A stretch of 64,000 nucleotides of DNA from Nitrosopumilus sp. (GTDB lineage Archaea > Thermoproteota > Nitrososphaeria > Nitrososphaerales > Nitrosopumilaceae): NCBI GenBank assembly GCA_965207445.1, contig CBDBLX010000002.1, forward strand, positions 1,591,849-1,655,848, in the 5' to 3' direction. The notes under the pieces are model-generated. The model was not told the DNA's origin. It ran no database searches and worked only from the letters and a program-made list of their open reading frames with translations. Below are positions 42,700 through 54,560 of this stretch, in pieces. Numbering within the stretch: position 1 is the stretch's first letter; each line of letters begins with the position of its first letter. A program made the translations under genes and the position numbers.

Positions 42700-43989
42700 A
42701 TGTACATCATAATGTTTAAGAGAACACACGACATTGCAGAGTTAAACGAATCTATGATTGGCAATACAGTTACGATCTCAGGTTGGATAGAAGATTATAG
42801 AAAGATGTCAAAGATGTCATTTGTAACATTACGTGACGTGACGGGCATTACGCAACTAGTCATAAAAGACGACAATGATGTAAAGGATTTGAGTAGACAA
42901 AGTGTAGTATCCATAGAGGGTACAATACAAGACACTAGGTCACGTGACTATGATTTTGAGATTTTAGTATCACACATCACACTACTAGCAAAAGCAGTGC
43001 ATCCGTTGCCAGTGGACCCCATTGGGAGATTAGAGAGTAACATTGACACAAGACTCAATCATCGTGCACTAGATATGAGAAATCAAAAGACAGCATCAAT
43101 ATTCAAGATCAAACATCATACACTGCAAGCATTACGAAACATACTGACAGCAGAAAAATTCATAGAGATTACAACACCCAAGATAATCGGTAGTGCAAGT
43201 GAGGGGGGTGCAAACTTGTTTTCACTAGAGTATTTTGGACGTACTGCATATTTGGCACAAAGTCCACAGTTATACAAAGAACAGATGACAATTGGATTAC
43301 AAAGAGTATTTGAGATATCAAACTTTTACAGAGCAGAAAACTCACATACAGGCAGACATCTGACAGAGTTTACCAGCGTTGACATAGAAGCAGCATTTAT
43401 GGACTATGATGATGTAATGCATGTTTTAGAGAGATTGGTTTCTGAAACGTGTAAAAGGGTAGCATCAGAGTGCATAACAGAACAAGACGAGATCGAGTGC
43501 GTCATACCAACACCCAATACACCATTTGAGCAAGTCACCTATGAGAGATGTATAAAAGAGCTACAAGATATGGACCAAAACATTGAATTCGGGGACGATT
43601 TGTTGGACTCACATCTACGAATCATAGGTCAAAATCACCCAGGATTCTTCTTTTTGACTGACTGGCCACTAAAACTAAAGCCATTTTACATCAGAGAAAA
43701 AGACGATAACCCTCAATTGTCACGATCATTTGACTTACAATACGGATATCTGGAACTCTCATCTGGTGGGACTAGACTGCACAACACACAGACATTAAAA
43801 AGTAGATTAGAGGAGCAAAAATTAGTTCCTGCTCAATTTGCAGATCATTTAGAATCATTTGAATGGGGAATGCCACCGCACTCTGGATGGGGAATGGGGT
43901 TAGATAGACTGTTGACAGTAATGGTGGGTATTGATAATGTGCGTGAGGTTGTGCTGTATCCTAGAGACCCAGACAGGCTCTCACCTTGA
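42700..43989 (+). CDS. aspS: Second aspartyl-tRNA synthetase
   Basis: LAQSPQLYKE, YRAENSHT, PPHSGWGMGLDRL. Confidence 0.92.
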   Translation: MYIIMFKRTHDIAELNESMIGNTVTISGWIEDYRKMSKMSFVTLRDVTGITQLVIKDDNDVKDLSRQSVVSIEGTIQDTRSRDYDFEILVSHITLLAKAVHPLPVDPIGRLESNIDTRLNHRALDMRNQKTASIFKIKHHTLQALRNILTAEKFIEITTPKIIGSASEGGANLFSLEYFGRTAYLAQSPQLYKEQMTIGLQRVFEISNFYRAENSHTGRHLTEFTSVDIEAAFMDYDDVMHVLERLVSETCKRVASECITEQDEIECVIPTPNTPFEQVTYERCIKELQDMDQNIEFGDDLLDSHLRIIGQNHPGFFFLTDWPLKLKPFYIREKDDNPQLSRSFDLQYGYLELSSGGTRLHNTQTLKSRLEEQKLVPAQFADHLESFEWGMPPHSGWGMGLDRLLTVMVGIDNVREVVLYPRDPDRLSP

Positions 43990-44139
43990 TTGTATCACAA
44001 CTTAAGATGTGAGATTAAAGGGATTAGCGTTATCAAATTTGCATTATGTAATTAGCATTATGTAATTAATAATATATTATTATTATTATTATTATTGTAA
44101 ATTATAATATATACTTTCAAATACAAAAAAAAGCAAAAT

Positions 44140-44427
44140 ATGGTTTTTATTGAAATGGGCAATACAATACATATGATAGAGCCAAAAGATGCAAAAGACA
44201 TAGTAGAGACACTTGGAAACAACCTGATTGGTGTATCACATGATGAAAAAAATTTTTCAAAACTACCCGATACATACTGGGGATACTTTGCAAGAGGACA
44301 TGATGCAAAAGGTACATTTGGTGTAATTGTTACATACTCAGAAGATGGAAGAGATGTAGATGAGATGATTGCCACATATGAAAAATGGGCAAAAGAGAAC
44401 AAAGGCTCAACTACAAACAAGTCCTAG
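44140..44427 (+). CDS. Hypothetical protein
   Basis: Clean ORF with globular composition. Confidence 0.65.
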   Translation: MVFIEMGNTIHMIEPKDAKDIVETLGNNLIGVSHDEKNFSKLPDTYWGYFARGHDAKGTFGVIVTYSEDGRDVDEMIATYEKWAKENKGSTTNKS

Positions 44428-44564
44428 ATATTTTATAATTCAAAATAAAACACGTACCTTGATCAAGAATAGTGTAGGAAAATCAAGTCACCTATACATA
44501 AAAGAGAGATAGTGCCGGCTCAGAGTACAAAAAAGGTTATGAACCACCCACATCACTTACAAGT

Positions 44565-45302
44565 ATGAATGAATTATTCAGCAAATTGGCCGACCATATA
44601 GACGACTCTATCATACAAATGGATGAGGATGACAAACGGCAAAAGGATCTGTTTGAAGAGGCAAAAACTGCCACATTGGAGCCATGGGATTTTGCGATAC
44701 TTGAAATGATACGTCGCGAGGACATGACAGTTGCAATGAAGGTCGGTACGATGCGTTTTACGAGATCGACACTGCGTTTGTATGCTCATGGACTGATCGG
44801 TAAAATTGACAGGGAGTCAACGTTTGATGAAAGGGAACGACTCAATGCATTTCTAAACTCGCCGCAGTTCAAGGCATATGCAGACAACGTGAATGATACT
44901 GCAACAAAGCAGGACCGCCTCTACTTTAAGGATGTAGCAGAAATCATGCAGGAAAAAGACACCTCTAATATGTGGGACCTGATTGATGTGGGCGTGTCGG
45001 TGCATGGCATAGCCAAGACCTGTATGCACTGGCATACTAATATGTGGGACCTGACTGATGCGGGCATGTCGGCGCTTGAAACAGAGCGACAAAAGGCCAT
45101 GGCAGAATACGCCAAACTGCAGGACAAATACAAAAACGACCCTGCCGGATTCCACAACTCAAAAGGCAACGAAGCGTTCATGCCATTGCTGCTGGCCATG
45201 GGGATATCAGGGCCCATGACAGGGTATAATATGGCAACATTTGACCATGTGCATAGTATGTCTGCAGGCGGTGTTGAGTTTGTTGATCTTGGATTTTTCT
45301 GA
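44565..45302 (+). CDS. Hypothetical helical protein with short internal duplication
   Basis: NMWDLIDVGVS / NMWDLTDAGMS; visibly more GC-rich than its flanks. Confidence 0.55.
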   Translation: MNELFSKLADHIDDSIIQMDEDDKRQKDLFEEAKTATLEPWDFAILEMIRREDMTVAMKVGTMRFTRSTLRLYAHGLIGKIDRESTFDERERLNAFLNSPQFKAYADNVNDTATKQDRLYFKDVAEIMQEKDTSNMWDLIDVGVSVHGIAKTCMHWHTNMWDLTDAGMSALETERQKAMAEYAKLQDKYKNDPAGFHNSKGNEAFMPLLLAMGISGPMTGYNMATFDHVHSMSAGGVEFVDLGFF

Positions 45303-45908
45303 TGTCAACTATTTGATGTGACATCTGTCCATCTCTTACTGCGAACAATCTAGTATTAAAAATAATGGAGCATCTTGAGTATTTTTAATTTTTTCAAACA
45401 GTTGTGAATATACATATTCGAACACAGGCATACTGCATCCGGTTATGGCGTTGAGGTCTGTGTCATCAGGCATGTTCAACAAATTGTAAATCAACTGAGC
45501 CACTACTGATACTTTTTGTCCCAGATGTCTTCTCTCATCGAGGGATACGTTGGGCAGTGACTTTTGTGTTCGGGCATAGTGCGATCTTTATCTTCAATGG
45601 TTTTGTCTTTGGTTTGAATGAGTTTTCATCTTGTTAATCTGATCAGTCAGATAAGTATTCTCTTTTTTAACTGTACAAGCTCCAAATTCTCAAGAGTTGT
45701 TGCCAATGTTATATTATCTAATTTTATAAATTAAAGCGCACGTTTTAAAAAAATAATTGACAAGTGAAAAATAACTACCATCTGTCATTGTATTATGATG
45801 CACGAGCATACAAACTAGCGATTTCCCGCCAAACTAGGTTTCTGCATAATTACTAATATAAAAATATATATATTCATATATATTAAAAATGTATACAAAT
45901 ACGATAAT

Positions 45909-46040
45909 TTAACGAGTATCTAGCATCAATCTTCGATACCCTTGACACTCTTTACAAATAGGTTTGTCTTTATACTTTGGATTACCATCTTTGATCTTGA
46001 GTGTTCCAGGTACAGTTTTACATATACAGCAAGCAACCAT
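45909..46040 (-). CDS. 43-aa CxxC..CxxC zinc-finger microprotein (not in ORF track)
   Basis: MVACCICKTVPGTLKIKDGNPKYKDKPICKECQGYRRLMLDTR*. Confidence 0.6.
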   Translation of the reverse strand: MVACCICKTVPGTLKIKDGNPKYKDKPICKECQGYRRLMLDTR

Positions 46041-46184
46041 ATCAAATATAGAAAACACCTCCAATATGTGCCCTACGTTGTCTAATTATACATGATGAGT
46101 GTCCTTTCTAAAAAGATAGATTTTCACATTTAACTCTGATAATTTTCTCTAAAAACTGCAATTCAACTATGTAGTGAATTTTTT

Positions 46185-46332
46185 GTGTGAGGTAAGCTCT
46201 TTGGACACAATAATGAAATTACACACTTGTGTTTTGTCACGTCCCTGTCTGCATGTCAAGTATTGTGCATGCGATACATTTGGCTAGTAGTTATTTTGAA
46301 TGATTGTATCAGTCATGGAGTTTGGTTCACAC
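46185..46332. mobile_element. 148-bp MITE with near-perfect 8-bp TSD
   Basis: Flanks AATTTTTT / GATTTTTT. Confidence 0.8.
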
Positions 46333-46875
46333 GATTTTTTGAAAAATAATTCACATTGTAGAGAACTTTTTAAAAACACGGTTTACGCCACCCCTGTAGA
46401 AAAATACAAACCTAATCGGGTCGAGGTTATCTATATGTCATGAAAATATACAGCATATGTGACAATAAAGTTACAATATAGGCACACATTATTGAGGAAG
46501 TAAAAGGTGGTAAAGGTGTCTCATTATATGTTGTTTTATTTTTGCCACATCTGTCTCTTGTTTTAACTTGCTGAATCAAATCATTATTCATACATATCTA
46601 AAACATACATTACCGATGTACAAATAGTATAAATCCCAAATGAATAATATTTTTTAGTATATATATATGTTCATTAAAATAGTATATGTAATAATATGAC
46701 CTTGCTTAGGTACAGTACGGTGTGGGAGAAGAAAGGTGACATGACACCTCACTACCTAAACTTATTTTGATCACTCTTCATATTTTAATAGATTCATTAT
46801 ATAATGCAAAAGATAGTTGGGAAATGATAATTGTTTGACCTGCACATATAAAAATAACAAACACAGATAATACAT

Positions 46876-47223
46876 ATGATGCAATGCGAGTTTTGTGGAT
46901 CCATGTTCGGGGACAGAACATGCTACTTTTGCAGCAAAAATTGTTGTACATCATGTATGACAGATGACAAGTCAAGATGCAAGAAATGTTACATTGAAAA
47001 GAAAAGGTTGGGATGGGTACAGATAGCAAAAAAGAATAAATTAATAATTATATTTGCAGCATGTCTGTGGTTTTATGCAGTATTCCCAGGTCCATTTTTT
47101 CCAGGTTTGGACTCTACGTTTTATACAATATCGATAATAGCTGCCGTGTTAATTATGATTCCAATATGTATGGCAATGTTCTTTTGGTCACTGAATCCAC
47201 CAAATTCTGATCTCAGAACGTAA
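46876..47223 (+). CDS. Cys-rich zinc-finger plus 2-TM membrane protein
   Basis: Four CxxC pairs followed by two TM helices. Confidence 0.75.
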   Translation: MMQCEFCGSMFGDRTCYFCSKNCCTSCMTDDKSRCKKCYIEKKRLGWVQIAKKNKLIIIFAACLWFYAVFPGPFFPGLDSTFYTISIIAAVLIMIPICMAMFFWSLNPPNSDLRT

Positions 47224-47243
47224 AAAATAGCAGTGTTTGTAAA

Positions 47244-48323
47244 CTAACTGAGTGTCATAATCTTGTCGATGACATGTTTTGTAAACTCAGATGTTGTACA
47301 CGACCCACCCATATCAACAGTGGTAATACCAGACTTAACAAGATCATATATAGCCGAAGATATCAAAGAGGAAGCATGTGTACAAGAATTGTCATTATGT
47401 TTTGCACCCAACCAATCGAGCATCATAGATACAGACAACAGAAATGATGATGGGTTTGCCACATTCTTTCCTGCAATATCAAATCCTGCCCCATGTACAG
47501 GCTCAAATAGTGCAAATTTATCACCAATGTTTGCAGCAGGTGCCATGCCCAAGCCACCAACCACTTGAGAAGACTCATCAGATAAAATATCACCAAAAAG
47601 ATTAGTAGTCACGATAACATCAAACTTTTGGGGTTCCCGTATCAGATTCATAGCACATGCATCAACATACATTTGATCAAATAATACATCAGGATACTTT
47701 TCAGAGACAGCAGAACACGCATCAGCAAACACACCATCAGTTATACGCATTACATTTGATTTATGTACACATGTGACACGCATGTCTGGTTTTTGACGAC
47801 AAAGTGCAGTCTCAAATGCAAAGGTTGCAATTCTAGTTGATGCCTTTTCTGTTATGATACGCAGTGCAATGGCTGCTCGCCCACAGTCATCAACAGATAT
47901 GGTATTTGCCCCCACATTAGGTGAATTAATTGTAAATTCTTTACCTGTATAGAGATCTTCGGTGTTTTCACGAACAATAACCATATCAATATCATCTCGA
48001 AGGGCAGGTGTGCCAGGATACGAACGAGAGGGCCTGATATTGGCATACAAATCAAGTAATCGTCGAAGTACAACAATAACATCAGCAGCAGACTCACCCA
48101 CAGGAGCCTTCAAGCACGCATCAGAACCACGTATTTCAGATAATGTCTCAGGTGGTAGTGCTTCGCCAGTCTGGGCAAGGGCTGCATCACCTGCTTTTAA
48201 CTCTACAATACAAAGATCAGGGCACTTTGAGATATTTGATATAGTATTCATTACAGAAAGTGCAGAATCAGAAAGTTCTGGTCCAATACCATCACCTGTG
48301 ATGAGGGATATATTATACACCAT
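47244..48323 (-). CDS. leuB: 3-isopropylmalate/isocitrate dehydrogenase family
   Basis: GDGIGPE, VRENTE, NLFGDILSD, FEPVHG; substrate inferred from nearby leuA/ilvBH. Confidence 0.8.
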   Translation of the reverse strand: MVYNISLITGDGIGPELSDSALSVMNTISNISKCPDLCIVELKAGDAALAQTGEALPPETLSEIRGSDACLKAPVGESAADVIVVLRRLLDLYANIRPSRSYPGTPALRDDIDMVIVRENTEDLYTGKEFTINSPNVGANTISVDDCGRAAIALRIITEKASTRIATFAFETALCRQKPDMRVTCVHKSNVMRITDGVFADACSAVSEKYPDVLFDQMYVDACAMNLIREPQKFDVIVTTNLFGDILSDESSQVVGGLGMAPAANIGDKFALFEPVHGAGFDIAGKNVANPSSFLLSVSMMLDWLGAKHNDNSCTHASSLISSAIYDLVKSGITTVDMGGSCTTSEFTKHVIDKIMTLS

Positions 48324-48367
48324 TATACAATCCACTCAAAGGGGAAATTTAGTATTTACTATACAAA

Positions 48368-48856
48368 TAGTGTGTTGCATAATTTGTAAATTTACACACC
48401 TCTGAGTGTTGTGTCCATGTAGTGAGCCGTACAATATAGATAGCACAAAGGTCAAGATACACAACAACGTTACCAGCATATCGCGCTCAAGCCTAAAAGA
48501 CCAGCATGGCGATCCAATCTACTCTGTTTTGTCCAGCAACCAGATATGGATCAAGTCCCCCAATCTTCCAAATTAACTCAGCTGTCAGTACGTCAGTAGT
48601 TCACAATGTGCCCAATTTTAATGATCTTATTTCTAATTATACTGTGCGGCAGGTTTACAATGGCAAGTAACTACCGTGCTCCAATTCCCACCAAAGTAAT
48701 CTTCTAATGTGTGAACCAAGCTCCATGACAGATATGATCATTCAAAAATAAATCTGTCCAAATGTCACGCATACACGATATTCAATATATAGATAGAAAT
48801 GTGACTAAATATAGGTATATAATTTTATTATTACATCCACAGAGCTTGGTGCACAC
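48368..48856. mobile_element. Nested remnants: IS5 left end (48368-), ISH3 right end (~48592-48705), 148-bp MITE (48709-48856)
   Basis: Matches to 16055-16125, 10623-10740 and 28058-28205 respectively. Confidence 0.75.
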
Positions 48857-49098
48857 GATTATTTCAAGCACGAAATTACAAAAATCCACTGTACAGAAAC
48901 TTACGTCCGTCGCCATATTTATGAGCATTAATAATTAGATCTGAACGCTTATCTTGTGAGCATCATAATATGATCAAAGTTTTAAAATAAATAAATAAAT
49001 AAATAAACAAATAAAAAAATGTTGCATTATCTGCAATATCTAGACTGCTTACAGTCATCTTTTTACACAGTTGGAATTACTAGTAAAATCATTACGCC

Positions 49099-49272
49099 TT
49101 ATTCGCCACCCGGTGCAAAGGACACTTTTTTACCCTTTACAACAAATTTTACCGTTTCTGGATACTCCATCAACTCCATGATAGGTTTTGGTATCCTACA
49201 AAGGTGGCTCCCAAGTCCGTTATGGTTTACGTTCATTTCAAATTCACGTGCGCCTTTTTTCCAACGAGACAT
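49099..49272 (-). CDS. 57-aa AbrB/SpoVT-like DNA-binding microprotein (not in ORF track)
   Basis: MSRWKKGAREFEMNV...CRIPKPIMELMEYPETVKFVVKGKKVSF. Confidence 0.6.
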   Translation of the reverse strand: MSRWKKGAREFEMNVNHNGLGSHLCRIPKPIMELMEYPETVKFVVKGKKVSFAPGGE

Positions 49273-49962
49273 AAAATTGCATATGTAGAGTTACTTTTAA
49301 TGCTTTTGATCAGTATGTGACAACGGAAATGAATATTTTTTATTAAAATAATTACAATGTTATTTGGTAATATTACAAATATTAATCAAAAGGTAAAAAA
49401 TATAATAAAAATTAATATGAATTTAAATACAATAGTAATATGTTATTTTTTTATGCCATTTTGCAAACATTTGAATTAAACTTTATACCGCCTATTACAG
49501 TACGATCAAACTAGAGGTAATACAAGTGACAGATTGCATTATTTAACAAATGCAAAAAACACTCAAATATGAGCACAGAATAAAACGTACTCAAACATAA
49601 CAACAGACTACACAGATCAAACAAGTGACACTATAAAGTAATTATAATTTTGTTCAGGGGTGTCAAGATATGGTTTTTGTTGGTATTGTATAATGATGTT
49701 CATAAATTTTGGCACAATGAAAAAATTATGTTGGGTGGTTTTTAACAGACATCTTTGCATAGGAATGCTCAGTGATTTAGATTTGCCATATTTTTAAAAT
49801 ATAAAATGTCAAAAAATGTGGTGTTGAGGATCTATGATACACACGTGCGCTAACATGTAACGGGACATTAAACATAGAGACTGTAGACTGGCACATTTAG
49901 CCTACAACCGTATTCATCTATTTTGGAATCAGCAATGCTGGAATTTGCATTTACAAATGGGC

Positions 49963-50043
49963 GAGGTTGGTGCGTAATTGACGTTAGCATGCCTATGACC
50001 CTTTTGTGAGATTACTTGGTTTATTGCACATTCAATCTGCATA
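49963..50043 (-). mobile_element. Isolated right end of the 4655/51648 IS family, inverted
   Basis: GAGGTTGGTGCGTAATTGAC...CTTGGTTTATTGCACATTCAATCT. Confidence 0.8.
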
Positions 50044-50334
50044 GATGTGTGTTGAGGTGTACAAGTAGGGGGTTTAACTGTTACTTTGTACGATTAGATC
50101 CTGTTTAAATAACAGATACGACTAAGATATAAGAGGAATTGGAGCAAGTATAATTATGATAGATAATCGAATTGAGATTACAATAGACATACCGCGGTCT
50201 GATTCCATACGTGACTCTGACAAGGAAAAAGACTGCAAAGACAAGACATCGGGTACCCGCCCCATGTATTTCTATCAGGGACCAACGATCATAAACAAAA
50301 GCATAATTATATCCAATCCAGAGCAGAATTAACG

Positions 50335-51576
50335 TTATACCTCTCGCCACACAATCTTTTCAGCGTGAATGTCTATCCTATCAACAGGCATGTTGCGCCT
50401 CAATTGAGCCGTTATCATGTCCTCTACTTGCCTTACCAAATCCTGCCGCATTTGCTCTGACATGCGTTTGTCTTGCGATGAGGTGTTCTGATCCGAGTCA
50501 TTGCCGGAAGGTTGCGATGGGGGCATAATGCTCAAGTTTAGTTGTGGCGGGATGCGCCTGATCCGTTTCAACTGCATTGGTCCCGAGTATTCGTGGCATC
50601 TGGCAGACGATTCTATACACGCAACAACTGCGTTGTCTTCCTCGTATACGTCCTTGTCATCATCATCAAAATATGCCAAGGTATTTTCAAATGAATTGAG
50701 GTTCAAGTCCTTTTCATACTGTAGGAACAGGTCCCAGCACAGTTCTTCTAGTTCACCATCCATGTCGCTTACCTGCAGCCCCATCTGTTTGGCCTCGCGC
50801 CTTCCAACGGAGTGTCCGTGGATAAACGTGCACTCAGTAAGTGCTGTTATTACGTTTTGAATCTCAGCGTCAGTCAATGTGGGTTTTACCTGCCTGAGCA
50901 TCTTTTCTGCGATTGCTCGGGCATAAGAATGCACGCGGTTTATCTGCCCCAGTATAGGTGGGCACAGCGCATCTGCCAGTGATTTTGTCAAATTTGCCAG
51001 TGCATCCTGACTTGTAATCCCGACCTTATCTTTTATGAATGACAGGTATGAGGGTATGTCCTCTGTACTGATCGTCATCGGAAAGAAGTCACTCGGCGCC
51101 CCATCGCGCCCACTAGTCATCTGCGGGTCAATTGGGCCCAGTTCGCCCTTTCTACCCATCAGAATCTTGTCTGTTCCCAATGCAATCAGTGTGGTTGCGC
51201 TAAATGCCTTGAAGTAAAGCATATTAGTTGAGCACATATTATGAATACAAAATATTAGAAAACTATCGGATCTTTAATGAAACTATTATGCCTTGAAGGT
51301 GATCAGTGCATTTAGTTCTTCACCGTACTCTCTGAGCATACTAATGATGGGCCAGGGGGTATCCAGATTTCCGCCCCTTGAATAGAGGTAAAGGTCAATC
51401 TTCTGTACCTTTTCATTGTTGTTCATACTCCTCAGGTGTTCGTAAATCCACCTTATGGCGTCACTTGAAATCTGCGCGTTTAAAATCGGCCTATCTCCTA
51501 CAAAGTACACTAGGACTTTTGAATTGCGGTGCTGCTCTATCTTTTCTATGATGTTTCTACGATCTGCTCTGCCCAT
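50335..51576 (-). pseudogene. SDH/ClpP-fold serine protease interrupted by an 84-bp insertion
   Basis: LYLYSRGG, KAFSATTLIALG, LGPIDPQ, IHGHSVGRREAKQMGL. Confidence 0.8.
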
Positions 51577-51647
51577 TTGAATATCTGTCGTACCATTCTA
51601 TTAAAAATGAATCCATTTGGTAGGTATTAAAGCAATGTGGTTGAATT

Positions 51648-53327
51648 GAGGTTGGTGCGCAATTCATCAAATTGCCACCTGCATCGTACTTGCAAAGTCA
51701 TCTGCAAATATCACCAGAGTTTTATGTGCATATATTTAATAAGCTCATATATAAAAGTATCTGCGCGCATACCAAAAGTGACTTATAGGGGCATCCCAAT
51801 TGAATAATTGTAATATGAACAAAGGGGATGCTAAACAACGTTGACTAGCCAATCTTATCAACGTATCGTTTGTGAAGTGTGGTGGAACGACGACATATGT
51901 GTGGGCTGCCACAACATGCTATGCTACACAGAATGACGTCCATTACAATGCATGGCTTGTGATGAATGTGACGCCTGCTTGTTGTTTGTGTAAATTTAGT
52001 GTGTGAGTTTCAAGTAAGAACAGATTATGGAGGTAGACCGTACAGTGACAGAGCAGCAGCACAAGCGACGCGAAGGTTACTGGCAGTATTACGAACAGGC
52101 ACGCAAATCTGAGCAGGATTTTATGCGCAAGACATGGTTGTCGGCGATACGAAAAAACCCACATCCGTGCAAGGAAAAGAAAACAAATAGAGGAGGATGC
52201 AAGCCTGTACACTTGCGTGGCAAGATGGATTTTTTGTGTCTTTTTAAAGTTGCAAAAAATATTCCTTTTCGTGATGTGGTAAATGAGCTTGGACATATGC
52301 ATGATGAATGGGTTGACGAGCCGATGCCTGATTAGTTGAGTAACCGAACATATGCAAACAATTGATCTCGACTGGCTTGATTCTATTTTGGCATATACTG
52401 CCAATATGTGTCTAACTGAACTTAAAAAATCGGGGACAGATCCGGTACCGATAAAATACAAAGAGTCCATACTTACGCACGGATCCGAGGATTTTGAGAG
52501 CGGTAAACAAGACGTAAAACAAGAACCTACAGCTCCAATTGGGGTAGACAGTAGTGGGGTAGAGACTGACAGGTACGAAAAACAAGAAAAATCTAATCAT
52601 TTACCACAAGACTTTGAGCCGACACGCATCAAGACGTACCTAAAATATCACATTACTGCGATAACAGGACACCAGATCATACTTGCATCATACACAACTC
52701 CAAGCAATGTGAGTGACACGCCAATGCTTCCATATATGGTCAACTTTTTCGTAAAAAACTATACACAGATTGAAGAGTGCTTATTCAACGGAGACAAGAG
52801 ATACATTCGGATCAAAACTGTGAGATAATATTCAATGCAAACATGAAACCAAACATAAAGCAGCGCAATCACACAGATGGCGCAGGTCATACAAACCGTG
52901 GCAAACCAAGCAGAAAAAAGGCAGCGGAGATCTTTGACAAAGATGCATACAAACAACGCGCACTTATCGAGGCAATATTTGGAGCAGTAGAAGAGACAAA
53001 GAATCACAGGCTACACTATCGTATGCGTCTGGCCAAAAACCAAAAGCGGTTTGGTAAAATACTATCAATTGCAGGGAATATCAACGTCCTAAACAGATTT
53101 ATCTGCGCTCATAAAAAAGGGCAAAAGATTCCATCATACCAATGATAGTGACTGCTATCACACTTGCACGTCCATATTCTATAATCCATGTCTGCCAAAA
53201 CACACATGTATATTCAAAAACGAAACGCACTATAGATAGATTCCAGTCTTTTGTAGATTGAATGTGCAATAAACCAAGTTCACAGACGGGTCACAGGCAG
53301 GCCAAATGTCAATTACGCACCAACCTC
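51648..53327 (+). mobile_element. Degenerate second copy of the 4655-6326 IS (stop and frameshifts, no TSD)
   Basis: High similarity end to end; TIR GAGGTTGGTGCG(C/T)AATT; transposase broken into 52027-52335, 52352-52828 and 52777-53145. Confidence 0.9.
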
Positions 53328-53531
53328 CCATGCCAGACATATATTAAAAATGATCACACGTTATTTGCAACCAAACTTTGTTCTGTGCTAAGACTTTTGA
53401 GTGTCGCTATAGGAAGAGTACATCATGCAACCATTCAGTATACGAGGGTGGTGGGGCGTAGGTATTACGTAGTTAAGTATCTTATTAGTCAAGTTCAAAC
53501 ATTTAAAAGCGGTATTTCCTATTAGCTAATA

Positions 53532-54560
53532 ATGATTACACATCAGGAAATAGGGGTTTTAAATCATGAACCCAAGCTTAAGGAGAGTAAAGAGAGGGTG
53601 GCACGACACTTTGAGGATGCAGGGTGGACGCTTTATTACAACCAGATGATCCGAGGTAGAATAGCGGATCTGGTGGCCGAAAAGAACGGAAAACTGGCAA
53701 TAATCGAGGTAAAGGGGAGTGGATTGAAACGGGACAATGCCATTCGGACAGTCCTGCATTTTAAAAATGCCGTAAATTACGCATACCTGGCAATCCCCGG
53801 TGCCCTAGGCCAGAGAATGGAAAATATGTGCAGAGAGTTGGGAGTGGGCCTGATTACCATAGACGACGACATTATAGAGGCAGTATCTCCCCAGGAAACA
53901 GAGGCGCTGGACTCAGTAAGGTGTAGGATCCTTCATGTGGAGAAAAAGCGGCCTGCAGTTCGGAGAAAGAGTCTCCTGCAGACGTTATTCCGATCAACGA
54001 CGCTTGTGCACGTACTGGGCTTTCTGCTGCTGAATCAGACAGGCGAGTTTTATCTAAACGAGCTGGCACAGAGGACAGGGCTGGCACCATCGACTGTCCT
54101 GAGGGAACTGAACAGGGTGGAGCCATTAGGTATCATCTCCAAGACCAAAAAGGGCACGGCAGTGTTTTATAGGATAAACAGGAACTGCATAATCCATGAG
54201 GAACTAAGACGGATATTTCTAAAGTTTGAGATTGCAGACATGATCATCACAAAGGAACTTGCACAGTACGACATAAGGTACGCGCTGATTTACGGTTCGT
54301 TTGCCAAGGGGACAGAGACAGAGTCAAGTGACATAGACTTGTTGGTTATAGGCCAGGTATCTAGGGACAGGTTTTATGAGTCAGTTTCAGCCTTGGAAAA
54401 CAAGATAGGGAGGGAGATCAACGCAATCGTGTGGGACGAGCAGCAGTTTAGTAGTCAGAAGGAGAGATCATCACTATTAGGCCATATAAAGCTCAATGAG
54501 ATAATCATGATAAGTGGGGATGAAGATAGATTTAAGCAATATTGCACGATAAGAAGATAG
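53532..54560 (+). CDS. PD-(D/E)xK nuclease-like + wHTH + minimal nucleotidyltransferase (MNT) fusion
   Basis: IADLVAEK...IIEVKG; YLNELAQRTGLAPSTVLREL; YGSFAKG..SDIDLLVIG. Confidence 0.8.
   Translation: MITHQEIGVLNHEPKLKESKERVARHFEDAGWTLYYNQMIRGRIADLVAEKNGKLAIIEVKGSGLKRDNAIRTVLHFKNAVNYAYLAIPGALGQRMENMCRELGVGLITIDDDIIEAVSPQETEALDSVRCRILHVEKKRPAVRRKSLLQTLFRSTTLVHVLGFLLLNQTGEFYLNELAQRTGLAPSTVLRELNRVEPLGIISKTKKGTAVFYRINRNCIIHEELRRIFLKFEIADMIITKELAQYDIRYALIYGSFAKGTETESSDIDLLVIGQVSRDRFYESVSALENKIGREINAIVWDEQQFSSQKERSSLLGHIKLNEIIMISGDEDRFKQYCTIRR

Noticed and set aside
50335..51576. Archaeal mRNA intron in the SDH gene
   Set aside because: No convincing bulge-helix-bulge at the junctions, and the insert matches a MITE end.
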